This document shows, in pieces, positions 21,430 through 32,197 of a stretch of 64,000 nt of DNA; the stretch's first letter is position 1; every line of letters begins with the position of its first letter. The stretch is from the NCBI GenBank assembly GCA_963789265.1, contig CAWBKB010000006.1:160001-224000 (forward strand). Reading direction: 5' to 3'. The DNA is from an uncultured delta proteobacterium. GTDB taxonomy: Bacteria > Desulfobacterota > Desulfomonilia > Desulfomonilales > Desulfomonilaceae. Made by a program: the position numbers and the translations under genes. A model generated the notes under the pieces. It searched no databases, was not told where the DNA came from, and saw only the letters and a program-made list of their open reading frames with translations.

Positions 21430-22119
21430 TCACGTAACCGAAAGTTTTCTTAAAAGGAGAAGAATGAGTAGGGAAATGGACCCCAGTATCACCGCAAGCA
21501 GACCGGCCCGTGCAAACTCACCGGTGAAGACAGAGTTGTAGATTTCAAGAGATAGCGTGTTTGTTCTGCCCACAATGTTTCCACCGAGCATCAACGTCAA
21601 TCCAACTTCCCCCAGAGATCTTCCGAACGCGAGAGAAAGTCCGCCGGCAATGCTCTTCTTGATGCTCGGAATCACAACGTATATGAAGGTCTCGGATTCG
21701 GACTTCCCCAAGGTGTAGGAAGCTTCAATAAGACTTACGGCACTGCTCTGCACTGCGGCCTGGACCGGCTTAACGATAAGTGGGAGACCCGCTACGAACG
21801 CGGCAATGACTACTCCCCACAGGTTGAAGATGATTTCTACGCCCAACACGCCCGAGACAAAACGTCCGATCAATCCTGTCCTTCCCAGAATGAGAAGCAG
21901 CACGAACCCCAAAGCTATCGGAGGAAACACCAGAGGCAGGGTGACCAGGGCATCTATGGCACTTCGGAGGGGACTAGTTTTCTTACCTAGATAATAGCCC
22001 AGCAAGAGACCGAAAACTGAGTGCAAGGCCAGAGATATTGCCGCCACCTTGGCCGTAAATACCAAGGGAAACACCACAGTCGTCGCACTCGCGGGGCCGA
22101 ACCAGGACGCTAAATCCAT
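21430..22119 (-). CDS. modB: Molybdate ABC transporter permease
   Basis: LPLVFPPIALG, RSLGEVGLTLMLGGNI. Confidence 0.9.
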   Translation of the reverse strand: MDLASWFGPASATTVVFPLVFTAKVAAISLALHSVFGLLLGYYLGKKTSPLRSAIDALVTLPLVFPPIALGFVLLLILGRTGLIGRFVSGVLGVEIIFNLWGVVIAAFVAGLPLIVKPVQAAVQSSAVSLIEASYTLGKSESETFIYVVIPSIKKSIAGGLSLAFGRSLGEVGLTLMLGGNIVGRTNTLSLEIYNSVFTGEFARAGLLAVILGSISLLILLLLRKLSVT

Positions 22120-22157
22120 GAGGCTACCTCGGATACCATGCAGTTCCAAATGGATCA

Positions 22158-22287
22158 TACCAATTCGGGTTCAAAATTATGAGAAAATCACCTCTTACCT
22201 CCCTTTAGTAAAGGGGGGAGGGGGGATTCTTGCAGGTCACCATGCTTCCACTCCCATGTTGATTACCTATTTGAGCGCAAACTGGTA
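22158..22287. mobile_element. MITE-like element family A between modA and modB
   Basis: taccaattcgggttcaaa...tttgagcgcaaactggta; TCA duplicated on both sides; internal ccctttagtaaaggg hairpin. Confidence 0.65.
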
Positions 22288-22293
22288 TCAGAT

Positions 22294-23016
22294 CTACAAC
22301 CCGGATTTCTTCAATATTTCTTTAACCTCCGGGGCACTTTTCACGAAATGCAGAAACTTCTCGGCTTCCGGGTCATTTTGGTAACCTTTCATAACTCCCA
22401 GAACTATCTTGATGGGGTTATAAAAGGCCCGGTCAAGGCTGATGTATCCGCCTGTCTTGTCTTTGATATATAGCGCATCGGTTAGGTTTAAGAACCCCGC
22501 GTCTACGTTCCCGCTTATGAGATAGCTGGAAATCTGCGGTACCGTGGCGACAACGAGCAGCTTTTTCTCAATTTTGTCAAGCAATCCCGCATTCCGAAGG
22601 AATTCCCTTCCAGCCTTTCCGTAGACGGCAAATTTTTCGTCGGGAATGGCTACCTTCGTGATTTCGGGCCGCAAAAGATCTTCCGGTTGCCGGATTTTGA
22701 CCTTCTTGCGGTACGCGATGACCAGGATTCCACTTCCGAGTTCGTGGAACGAAGCGAACTGAAGGCCCGACGAATTTAGAAAACTCGCGTCGGCAACCAT
22801 GAATGCCACTTTGCCACTAGCCTTTTCTTCCATTACGATGTGGGCGACGTTTCCGTAGATCTGATCTATCTTGCTGCCGCCGGACTTCTCATAAGCCTGA
22901 ATGATCGCGGTCAAGAGACGCTTGTACCCTGCGCCGCCGGCCAGTATCAGCGATTCGGCAAGTGCCGGGGATTGGCTGAGAAATAGCACTACAGCAATCG
23001 TCAAGAAACGAATCAT
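22294..23016 (-). CDS. modA: Molybdate ABC transporter substrate-binding protein
   Basis: Signal peptide; GAGYK, AIPD..AVYGKA, VPQISSYL; upstream of modB. Confidence 0.85.
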   Translation of the reverse strand: MIRFLTIAVVLFLSQSPALAESLILAGGAGYKRLLTAIIQAYEKSGGSKIDQIYGNVAHIVMEEKASGKVAFMVADASFLNSSGLQFASFHELGSGILVIAYRKKVKIRQPEDLLRPEITKVAIPDEKFAVYGKAGREFLRNAGLLDKIEKKLLVVATVPQISSYLISGNVDAGFLNLTDALYIKDKTGGYISLDRAFYNPIKIVLGVMKGYQNDPEAEKFLHFVKSAPEVKEILKKSGL

Positions 23017-23108
23017 CGGTACCTCCGTGGCAAGTCAAACAATCCCGCTCAAATACTGAACTTCAGGTATTCGCGAGCCAAGATCGCGTTAGTTTTTCAC
23101 CTTGAAGT

Positions 23109-23831
23109 TCAAGTTCCGTACGGGCAGAACCGTTTCAGATTCAAGAAATAAGCAGGCGCAGCTATCGTAACTCCAAAGAAAATAGTTGGCTTTTCCGAGA
23201 GCAGAGTCCGGAGCGTATCGTTTGTGAGAGTACTCCCGGTGACTAGAGCAAGTTCGCACCACGCGATGTTATCGGCCGTACTCTCCGGTCCCTGAATGTC
23301 AATTCCGAATTTTCTCGTTCCGACATTTTCAGGGTCCATGTCTGTTACTTTGAGTTCAAACTCTTTAGCGAGCGCTTCGACCATTCTCGGCTGAAGGCCG
23401 ACCAACGCGACCCGCGGCTGTCCATAGTTCTCTCTTACGTAGGACACCAGCTCTTTGGCGCACTTCGGCGGCTCGAAGTCCTTGCAATGGATCGTCTTTT
23501 CCACTATCGCAAGGTGTCGAGCAACCGCATTCAGAGTAGCGATGAAAATTGCTCGCCGGTAGTTATTCTTGAGTTCCATGTCGCCAACTTCCGCGAGCGT
23601 GCCGGAAAACTCTCCGTACATATCTGTAAACGCTTGGCCCCTGCTTCCCATAAACTCGGCCTCCATCATCCTCTCTTTGCCTTTAATGAGGGGATAATCT
23701 CTATCTTCGGGATTTCCGATGGCCTCTTCCGGCGTCAGCGTCCTCACACCCACTCGAACCACTTCGTCTTGCCAAGAATGTTCGTCGATCAGGCGCCGAA
23801 GTTCTTGCTGCATCATGTAGAAGAAATTCAT
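23109..23831 (-). CDS. DUF364-like Rossmann-fold putative metal-chelation protein
   Basis: AIGNPEDRDYPL.KGKE, GQAFTD, LVTGSTLTN, FCPYG. Confidence 0.7.
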   Translation of the reverse strand: MNFFYMMQQELRRLIDEHSWQDEVVRVGVRTLTPEEAIGNPEDRDYPLIKGKERMMEAEFMGSRGQAFTDMYGEFSGTLAEVGDMELKNNYRRAIFIATLNAVARHLAIVEKTIHCKDFEPPKCAKELVSYVRENYGQPRVALVGLQPRMVEALAKEFELKVTDMDPENVGTRKFGIDIQGPESTADNIAWCELALVTGSTLTNDTLRTLLSEKPTIFFGVTIAAPAYFLNLKRFCPYGT

Positions 23832-23938
23832 TTTCAGCTCCGCTGGAAGGTGACCTGGGCCTCCATTCCTTTTCTGGTGAGTGACGCCACTTGGGCGTGG
23901 TAGCGTGTCACACTGTTGAACGTTTTCAATACGGCAAA

Positions 23939-24430
23939 TCAATAGTAGAGCAACTTCGGGCTCTCATCATCTTCACGTGGGACAACCAACCTTGCCTCGA
24001 AAAAAGGGCCGAAACGCTGAAAGAGTCTCGCCCAGTGGGTACGACCTTGTTCCAGGTCCTCAAGTATTTCGGCCACAATTTCGGGAAGCTGACAGAGCGC
24101 CTCTTTTGGGATGAACGACACTGCCCCCAGCATCATTGCGTTGCTGAGGCTTTGGGCATCTATTGCGCGGGTAGTCAACATGGCTACAGGCAGCTTGTTC
24201 TTGCGGCAGACCTCCAGAAGAAAAAAACCGCTAACGCCCATTGTGTCCAGTATGGCGAAATCAAAGGATTTCTCGGCAATCAGCCCCTGCGCCCGATCGA
24301 AACTCCCGGCGGTGACAACTTGCGAACACGCAAGGGCTTCCTGCACCGCGTCGAGAATATCAGGCTCATTGTCTACAACAAGAATTCTTTTTCCTTCGAG
24401 GGATGCGCCATCCATATCAGCCACACACAT
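23939..24430 (-). CDS. Stand-alone response regulator receiver protein
   Basis: ILVVDNEPD, AILDTMG, AMLT, FIPK; paralogue at 56430; start uncertain (24415 or 24430). Confidence 0.85.
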   Translation of the reverse strand: MCVADMDGASLEGKRILVVDNEPDILDAVQEALACSQVVTAGSFDRAQGLIAEKSFDFAILDTMGVSGFFLLEVCRKNKLPVAMLTTRAIDAQSLSNAMMLGAVSFIPKEALCQLPEIVAEILEDLEQGRTHWARLFQRFGPFFEARLVVPREDDESPKLLYY

Positions 24431-24594
24431 CGTCTTTTGGAACCCATTATCCGAGCTTGTCTCCGGCAAACCCTCCAAATAATAGTTCAAATTAAATACC
24501 AGTACCTTGAAGCACTATCAGGCACAAGGCTCGCGGCAAGTGTCGGGATTTTACCACGAGTCTTTGCGCCGTGTGCCCAGGGTGGCGGACAAGG

Positions 24595-26262
24595 TCAAAA
24601 ATCAGCAAGGATAGAGACTTGTGCGCCAACAATCGGATTTATTGCTCTGTCAGGGTTGATTCCCCATCTGTTGGCCGCAGTAGGAACGTCCCATTTCGCT
24701 ACACCCCGGTCTACGCAGGCATAATTGAACCATCTCCCCGGTTGCCAGAAAGAGCCCAGCACATTAACTTGGAAGCCCTCAAGGAGTTTCCAGTCCATAC
24801 CGACCATAGCTTCCCACCCGAGCCCATTATCCGGGATGGAAGGCGCGCCGGGGTTGTCCTTATAGTTGACATAAGGGGTCCACTGGACCTGGTCCGCCGC
24901 GGCACCGGCAGCGTTAACGGTTCTGGTCACAGCAGATTTTTGGGCCGGTCGTATGAATCCCCACCCGTGTCCATGTGAACTCCGTTCGGCCCACAGGAAG
25001 GATCCGAATACATTTAGGTTTGCCGCAACCGCGTAATCAACCCTTGCAGCCATTACCCACGCTTCGTTTATGTAGCCCTGCCTGTCCAGGTCAAAGGCGT
25101 TTACGCCGGATCCATAGGCATAACCCAGAAGGTAAGTGTACGGCTGAAACGCGCCATAAGCCCCCATAAGGGGCATCTGAAAGTACGGCTGCTTGTTGAT
25201 TTGGACGCCGTGTCGTCGATCCGCACCCGGCATAAACGCGTAGAAAAGTGAAAGCTTTGCCGGGCCCGCGAGGAATCCTCCTTCTGCCATATAACGCCAG
25301 GACTCATTGTAAAGTGGAGCGGCACCGGATCGGCTGAGCCGCTCGTTCCAGAAGCCGAGTTCCGTGTTGAAAAACAGCGTTCCATTGAAATATTTGCCAT
25401 ACGTGGTACCGCAACAGATCTCATCGTCGTAAGGAACAAAGGTCAAGCGAAGGGCTTCCCTATTCTGAGACTCAGGCCCCGCATGCCAACGAAAGAACAT
25501 CGCGGTAGCCCCCATTTCCACTGAGGCCGATCTGTACCAGAGGATGGGTTGGGTCGCCAATTGACGGAGGCCATTCTTGTCAAAAAGGTTGTAATAAGGG
25601 CTCGCTGTCTGACCGAGGCGTCCCTCGGCCTGCTCCTGCCAGAACGGCTGTATTGTCAGGCCGAAGGTGAACGGGCCGTATTGACTCTTCAGCGCTACCA
25701 ATTCACACGTCGTATTGTGCGCACCATCCATTTGCAGGCCAAGGCCGAAAATTTCGGGTCGTTTGCCGAGTACGAACTCTCCCCAGGGAAGCTGAGTCGT
25801 CAGCCACCACATGGTCCACTGTCCGTCGGACGCAGCCACGAATCTCCCGGGGTGGGTGTTGGTAATGTAATTCGAGGCTGTGGGGTCTCCATAGTTACCG
25901 AGCCAATACATGCCTTGAAATCTGATTGCCGGGTTTATGCGTATCTCGGGAAATAGTTCGAGGTCCTGGTAATGCTGCGAAGCATCGGCTCCCGAAACGA
26001 GATCTCGGGACCTATAGCCCACCCACCCGTTGAGAGAAGCAAAATCACCTCGCTTCAACCCCAAAGGACCTGCCGTGCCTGCGCTGTTATCGATATTCGA
26101 TTTTCCAAAGAAACCGTTTGAACCTGCCTGACCGTAATATTCGTAGGTAGAGATAAAGCCTCCCTGCATACTGAACTCCCAGGCGCGAGCAAACTTACAT
26201 GTGAAACCGATGTACGCCCCCACGAAAAGGACGAGGAGAACGCGTGATAAACTATGAGCCAT
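24595..26262 (-). CDS. Outer-membrane beta-barrel (porin-like) protein
   Basis: Signal peptide ending ARA; aromatic/Gly-rich alternating strands; C-terminal Phe; GGAGG SD. Confidence 0.7.
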   Translation of the reverse strand: MAHSLSRVLLVLFVGAYIGFTCKFARAWEFSMQGGFISTYEYYGQAGSNGFFGKSNIDNSAGTAGPLGLKRGDFASLNGWVGYRSRDLVSGADASQHYQDLELFPEIRINPAIRFQGMYWLGNYGDPTASNYITNTHPGRFVAASDGQWTMWWLTTQLPWGEFVLGKRPEIFGLGLQMDGAHNTTCELVALKSQYGPFTFGLTIQPFWQEQAEGRLGQTASPYYNLFDKNGLRQLATQPILWYRSASVEMGATAMFFRWHAGPESQNREALRLTFVPYDDEICCGTTYGKYFNGTLFFNTELGFWNERLSRSGAAPLYNESWRYMAEGGFLAGPAKLSLFYAFMPGADRRHGVQINKQPYFQMPLMGAYGAFQPYTYLLGYAYGSGVNAFDLDRQGYINEAWVMAARVDYAVAANLNVFGSFLWAERSSHGHGWGFIRPAQKSAVTRTVNAAGAAADQVQWTPYVNYKDNPGAPSIPDNGLGWEAMVGMDWKLLEGFQVNVLGSFWQPGRWFNYACVDRGVAKWDVPTAANRWGINPDRAINPIVGAQVSILADF

Positions 26263-26942
26263 TTTACCAATCCTCCAAACCAAAATGGAACTTAAACGAG
26301 CCCTATTGGGCTGGCTGAACACCGTACTTGACCGGCCTGGAAAGCCCCGGCGGAAACGTAAGTGATCCGCACAGGGTGCCGGTGGCGCGTGACCGGGGAC
26401 TTTCAAGCCAATCTCTTCCTGAAATCATCGCTGCTCGGTTAACATCCGGCATCCGGTCACCGGCTGAGTGGTCAACCCAGGATTATTCCTACATTGACCA
26501 CCACGACGTTATAACACCAGCGGAGAATGCCGATGTGAAACTGCCTCAAAATCAAGACTTACAACAGAACCGTGCCTCGATTGTGGGCATCAAAATCTCT
26601 AGACGGTTTCATCTATCTCTGTCGCCGCGATTCGATTGTCTCGACTTAACAGGGTGCCTGGAACGTCGGGGTCACGAGATGAGTAGTCATTGTGTGACTA
26701 CGATCATAACAAAAACACCCTCCAATCCACTTCCAGAAGGACCCGACTCTCGAAGTCAACTGCTTGGTACCGTAGCCCCAACGGATACGCGGAAACAAAG
26801 CTTCGATTCTAATGCCTCTCTCTGGGAAACACGCACCCAAACACTTCGGGCTAATTCCGACACAGGGATAGCTAGTTGTACTAGATTTGACCGAACAATA
26901 CGAGGCAAGCCTATCCTTGTCAAGAGAATTCGTCCCTTCTTG

Positions 26943-27101
26943 GTAAGCATTCAGTTCCGTGGGGAGAATTCTGTCAACGGTGTCATTGCGAGGAGTGAAA
27001 CGACGAAGCAATCTCCTCTTGGACAGGCTGGGAGATTGCTTCGCTGCGCTCGCAATGACATGGCCGGATGGAGCATCCGCCGCATGTAACTGAATGGTTA
27101 C
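26943..27101. mobile_element. MITE-like element family B with 8-bp target-site duplication
   Basis: TIRs gtaagcattcagtt / aactgaatggttac; ccttcttg at 26935-42 and 27102-09; internal gtcattgcgag...ctcgcaatgac hairpin. Confidence 0.85.
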
Positions 27102-27408
27102 CCTTCTTGGTAATCATTCACTAAGGTGGCGAGCGCAGAGGGTGCATGAGAGCCTTCGGTATGAACCGCCCTGCGATGTCGAATCAAGGAGGATTTGAAG
27201 GTGATAACAGGACCCCAAAGGGATCCGCTTTCGAATTACGGGCCAGGAGGTCCGGAGCTTCCTTGATTCGGTCCGCCACTCGGTCGCGTCTGCATGTTTG
27301 ACCGGAGCCTGTCGATACCCTTCAATGGCATTACCGGGTACTCCCCCAAAGAGATCGGCACACTGCGCAGGTAGTGCATTTCAATGGAGTAATTCGGGGG
27401 ACACCATG

Positions 27409-27530
27409 GTAACCATTCACTCTTGTGGGGCAGGCTTTCCAGCCTTCCGAGGAAACCCCTGTTCAATGGCGGGCTAGAAAGCCCACCCCACGAAGCCACC
27501 TGCAAATTCCGGCTGTAACTGAATGCATGC
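27409..27530. mobile_element. MITE-like element family B with 9-bp target-site duplication
   Basis: gtaaccattcac...ctgaatgcatgc; gacaccatg at 27400-08 and 27531-39; different internal hairpin (gtggggcaggctttccagcc...ggctagaaagcccacccca). Confidence 0.8.
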
Positions 27531-27856
27531 GACACCATGCTGATTTGTTATTGATACGCTGGTCGCTCTCCAATAGCATCCCTCCAAGTCTCGCCTGTCG
27601 CGCCTCGGAGTCCCCGGCTATCCCCACCCCATGACGCACAGTGGTGTCCGCTCGATGGACATGTTTCACTCGGAAGTATTGCAGGATGCTCCGTGAAGAA
27701 ACCGTGCGGTATAAAAGCTGACCGGCCCGGTCTGAGCAACGGACGACCCGGAAGGCCGCGAAAACGGCCCTTGTAAAAATAGGTATTGTGTCCTCATAAT
27801 AGCCGAGATTAAATTAAACAGTGCTTATCCAAACTCATCGGACTACGGAGCTTCTC

Positions 27857-28978
27857 ATGCAGTCTCGCAACGTTTTCATCGAAAAGGCGCGTGAATTGGA
27901 TTTCGAAGATATAGGCTTCACGACCGCGGAACCCTTTGAATCACAAAGGGAAATTCTTCGGGAGCGTGAGGCGGAGTATGCATGGACCGGTGCGGCCGGA
28001 CTGGATCTGATGGCCGGCACCGACCCCAAGAACGTGCTTCCTGAGGCACAGACCATCATAGTGCTTATGGAACTGTACTTCCGCAAGAGCTATCCTCGAA
28101 ATCTGGAACCATTTTTCGGTCGGTGCTATTTGGACGACGACCGGATTACCAAGGATGGATTGTCTGTGCGTCTCAAGGCTTTCCGCTCTTTTTTAAGACA
28201 GAATGGCATTAATTCCAAAGTTCCTTTTCACCTTCCTCACCGATTGGCCGCGGCGCGTGCCGGATTGGGCACAATCGGAAAGAACTGCCTTTTATATTCC
28301 AACACGATAGCGCGGAGAAGCTCCTGGGTTTTGCCTATAGCCTTGGTTGTGGATGCAGAATTTGAGCCGGATCAGCCGACATTGAAAGTGGGGTGCCCTG
28401 ACTGGTGCAAGAATACCTGTATCGTGTCCTGCCCTACAGGAGCGTTGAAAGGTCCCCGACACATCGATCCTGGACGCTGTGTTTCTTATCTTACTTATTA
28501 CGGCTCCGGTCTCACACCGAGGGAATTCCGGGAAGCCATGGGTCTGTACGTGTACGGGTGTGACCGCTGTCAGAACGTTTGCCCCAGGAATGCCGCTTGG
28601 CTTGCCGCGGACCTGCCGGAAAACGAGCGTGCTGCCAAGAAAAGCTTGGACTTCCAATTGGAGAAACTGCTTCACATGGACCGGGCGTATTTCGAGCAAC
28701 GCATCTGGCCTCACATGTTCTACATGTCCGCTGATGATATCTGGCGCTGGAAGATGAACGTAGCCAGGTCTATGGGTAATACACGCGACACTAAGTACGT
28801 GCCGGAACTGATCCGAGCGTTTCGAGAGAGCGCTGACGAGAGAGTGCGGGCGATGTGTGTATGGGCGCTCGGACGGATAGGCGGGACCAAAGCTCGCGGT
28901 ATCCTGGAATCTATCCGACCGCAAGGCGACGGTATAATAGGTGAAGAAGTGGAATATGCGCTTACCTTGTGCGGGTAA
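27857..28978 (+). CDS. QueG/epoxyqueuosine-reductase-like 4Fe-4S protein with C-terminal HEAT repeats
   Basis: AARAGLGTIGKN, CPDWCKNTCIVSCPTGAL, RCVSYLT, YGCDRCQNVCP, WALGRIG. Confidence 0.8.
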   Translation: MQSRNVFIEKARELDFEDIGFTTAEPFESQREILREREAEYAWTGAAGLDLMAGTDPKNVLPEAQTIIVLMELYFRKSYPRNLEPFFGRCYLDDDRITKDGLSVRLKAFRSFLRQNGINSKVPFHLPHRLAAARAGLGTIGKNCLLYSNTIARRSSWVLPIALVVDAEFEPDQPTLKVGCPDWCKNTCIVSCPTGALKGPRHIDPGRCVSYLTYYGSGLTPREFREAMGLYVYGCDRCQNVCPRNAAWLAADLPENERAAKKSLDFQLEKLLHMDRAYFEQRIWPHMFYMSADDIWRWKMNVARSMGNTRDTKYVPELIRAFRESADERVRAMCVWALGRIGGTKARGILESIRPQGDGIIGEEVEYALTLCG

Positions 28979-29214
28979 GGTTGGAATTCCGGGTACACCA
29001 TACACAATTATTGATGAACGAGTCTGATATCTGAGATGCCCTGATGGGTCAAGCAGCACGAGCCGTGGCTCCGGGAATGTAGGGGAGACAACACTGATTT
29101 CCTGTTGACAGATGAACTGCTCTCCAATAGCAGCTCTCCAGAGAGAACCCGGCGTCCAGATCAGCATTCAAGGCCCTACGTGCATTGTTCCGGCATCCGT
29201 TTCCAGCGCCTTAG

Positions 29215-29686
29215 TCAGTGCTTCGGTCGACGGCGTATAAGGTTCAGTACCTTCATGGTCATTGCTATTTCGCCATGTTGGTTCAGTACCTCGCGGTATG
29301 AACGTACTATTCCGCGATCCGGTTTTGAGCGTGAGGGCCTGGTTTCTAGAAACAATCACACGTATGGAAAGAGTATCGCCTGCCCGCACGGGCTTCAGCC
29401 ATCGCAGTTCGTCTATGCCCGGAGAGCCCAGGCTTGCCACTCGTGGGAGGTAATGTTCGACGAAGAGCCGGGCAGCGAGGCTTGCCGTGTACCAGCCGCT
29501 GACTATCATACGACCGGAAGTGGACTGTTCAGCCGCCGAAGAATCGGTGTAAAGCGGTAGCGGGTCGAAGCGCTTCGCGAAGGCAATGGCTTCGGCCTCC
29601 TCGACAGCTATGGAACCGAACTCGTGAATCGCCCCGACGACGTAGTCTTCGAAGTAGCGGTCTTCTGGTGCAGTGGTGAATGTCAT
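29215..29686 (-). CDS. MaoC-family dehydratase (one +1 frameshift at ~29351)
   Basis: [29 protein letters not shown]; continues out of frame as [15 protein letters not shown]. Confidence 0.8.
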
Positions 29687-29940
29687 GGATATATTGGATC
29701 TCCCAGAGCGACTCAGGCGGGAAAAGGAGGCACGCCTCCTTTTCAGTCGGTTCTTGGCCGTCCGCGAGGCCGAAGTGCGAATTCCTGATGAACGACCTCT
29801 TGGCGCGCATTATCACGGTTCAACACATGGTAGCAGACCTCACCGACCGAAACTCGTGCGGTTCCCGGCATGAATTCACGTTACCATAATTGATTGCCGG
29901 AACAACAGAGAAGAAGAATGTCCCCGTTTCCCTCCTTTTC

Positions 29941-30465
29941 CTAGGAAGGTCCTAATTCTTGCCGCCTTTTCGCGAGGAGCATCCTTCCTATCATGACGGC
30001 ACAAAAACTGAAAAATACGATGGAAGCTATTCCTGTGAGCCAATTCTTGGGATCTGCGGCAAGGATGAAGATTCCTGCCACTACGAACAAGGCCGAGCAA
30101 ACTTCAAGCGACCAGAGTCCCACTTTACTGTGCTGAAGAGCTTGGCCAACGAGGGCCTCATTGATCGTGAGTCTCTCGTCTGTTCGGTCCAGGTGGCGAC
30201 ATTGAATGTAGACCCAAAGTGCGTAAGATACGAGAAGAAAGGGCAAAATGAGGAGACCTCCAAGAGGGCCCACAAAAAGAATCGAGCCGAAGATTAGCAA
30301 CAGAGACACTATTATGTAAATCTTTACGCTTTTGCGTAATCTCTCGAAATCCTTCTCCGAAGAAATAGTATATCCTCGGCCGAGGGCGCCCAAAGGGAAG
30401 AACAACTTGCGACCGTCGTCCGTTGTCTTAAAGGAACCGCTTGCGAGGGCATCGAAATATCCCAT
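29941..30465 (-). CDS. Hypothetical membrane protein (4 TM segments)
   Basis: 174 aa with hydrophobic stretches; GGGAG SD. Confidence 0.65.
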   Translation of the reverse strand: MGYFDALASGSFKTTDDGRKLFFPLGALGRGYTISSEKDFERLRKSVKIYIIVSLLLIFGSILFVGPLGGLLILPFLLVSYALWVYIQCRHLDRTDERLTINEALVGQALQHSKVGLWSLEVCSALFVVAGIFILAADPKNWLTGIASIVFFSFCAVMIGRMLLAKRRQELGPS

Positions 30466-30687
30466 GAGTTTTCTCCCTTCTAGTCTGTGAGCATCGTTGG
30501 CGTTCCAGATATCGTCCCGATTCGCTATCGTCCCCTGTATGGAGATGCGACTCGGTTAAAAAGGATTCGCACGTATCATCCGACTTCGCTTTCGACGGGG
30601 GATGACAAAATGCGGTGTATCGTAATATTGGTGTGTTGGAGAGATAGATTTACCACCCGGGTCTCTTTTTGAGAGGTTGCTGCCTTC

Positions 30688-31105
30688 ATGTTGCAAATAT
30701 CAAACGAAATAACGATCCCAACCGAAGAGATAGACGTCCAAGCTGTACGTTTCTCAGGGGCCTGGCGGCCAGAATGTGAACAAGGTTTCTACCGCTGTTC
30801 ATCTTCGGTTTGACATACGCTCATCATCACTACCGGATATCTATAAAGAAAAGCTGTTGATGTTGAATGATCGGCGCATTTCGGCAGAAGGCGTCGTTAT
30901 CATCAAGGCGCAACGGTATCGCAGCCAACTTAAGAATAAAGAAGAGGCACTCGAAAGACTCCGAAAAATTATCAAAAGTGTAATCATTTCCCCCAAAAAA
31001 CGGTATGCGACGAAGCCAACGAAAGGAGCCCGGCAAAAGCGCTTAGAGAGCAAAACCATACGAGCGCAAGTGAAAGCGTTAAGGCGAAAGGTCGATCATC
31101 AGTAG
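30688..31105 (+). CDS. arfB: Alternative ribosome-rescue peptidyl-tRNA hydrolase ArfB (+1 frameshift at ~30751)
   Basis: Removing one T gives [26 protein letters not shown].KN; basic C-terminal tail. Confidence 0.9.
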
Positions 31106-31450
31106 TAATGACAGCACAAGTGCAAGGGACCAGCTCAGATGAAACAATCGTGGATTTGTTGGACCATCTTCGCCCTAACTGCGTCAAAGCCGAGTTTTGA
31201 AATCGAACGTGAACAACCTTACGGTAGTTAATTCTGGAGCCTTGACTAGGAGGGTCGAGATAATTGTCCTGGAAATCTACTCAAAGGAGATGCTCTAATC
31301 ATGCAAACAAGAACAAGCGATGAGGTTGGGTCGTATCTCCTGGTTTCTATCTTTCGCGCTGGGCAGCCCTGCTCAACAGCAAGTAATTCAGCCCAATTTG
31401 CGCCGCGATCTCAATGAGGCAAAAAGCAAGACTTGCGCCGCAGGCATCGA

Positions 31451-31627
31451 CGCATAGGCGCTAACCTAACCCCGCGATACGCGGGGTTCCGCCCCTTTCG
31501 TAAAGGGGGGCCAGGGGGGATTTTGGCCTAACCCCTTGAAAATCCCCCTAGATCCCCCTTTAGAAAAGGGGGACCTTTATGGCCCTCCTGAAAAGGAACG
31601 AAATTGCCTTAAGTTAACGCCTATGGG
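31451..31627. mobile_element. MITE-like element family C
   Basis: cgcataggcgctaac...gttaacgcctatggg; one arm is the reverse complement of 41322-41365; ccccctttagaaaaggggg hairpins. Confidence 0.7.
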
Positions 31628-31838
31628 CTGAAGCCGGAATCCAGTATTTTCACTCCCGCGTTCCTCGCGGGACTGGACCCGGGCTTTGGCCCGGGTGACG
31701 GGTGGGGAACAGGTCATTACTTTTGGCAATGGCTATAAAAAAGGTTTACGCGAAAATCTGAGACGAGTATTATCGCTAAGCGAAATCCCGAAGCGGGCAT
31801 GTTCGGCAGCGTCGACGAAGAAGTTAGGATTTCAAAGC

Positions 31839-32168
31839 ATGCAATGGCTCTATCTATCCATCGCTATCGTATCCGAGGTGATTGCCACTTCAGCACTCAA
31901 GGCCGCCGAAGGGTTCACTCGGTGGCTCCCATCACTGCTGGTTGTTTTTGGTTATGCCTCCGCGTTCTACTTTCTGTCGCTTACCCTGCGCTCCATTCCG
32001 CTCGGCGTCTCTTACGCCATCTGGTCCGGTGTTGGTGTAGCGCTCGTTTCTTTGGCCGGTTGGGTACTCTATCATCAGTCGCTTGACGTAGCCGCGCTGG
32101 TCGGTATCGGTCTCATCGTCGTGGGCGTAGCCGTTCTGAACATCTTTTCGAACGCGGTACCTCATTGA
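31839..32168 (+). CDS. SMR-family (EmrE/QacE) small multidrug transporter
   Basis: 109 aa; AIVSEVIATSALK; YAIWSGVG. Confidence 0.92.
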   Translation: MQWLYLSIAIVSEVIATSALKAAEGFTRWLPSLLVVFGYASAFYFLSLTLRSIPLGVSYAIWSGVGVALVSLAGWVLYHQSLDVAALVGIGLIVVGVAVLNIFSNAVPH

Positions 32169-32197
32169 GCGGCAAGCCTGCCCTCCCTGTGATCTCA

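Noticed and set aside
26280..26640. Moco or cobalamin riboswitch upstream of the porin/mod locus
   Set aside because: GC-rich stems are present but I could not match the conserved motifs by eye; an Rfam scan is needed.
26328..27739. ORFs spanning the repeat-rich intergenic region
   Set aside because: They read through MITE/REP palindromes and have no protein-like features.
31301..31417. 38-codon ORF with AAGGAG SD
   Set aside because: Too short and featureless to support without conservation data.
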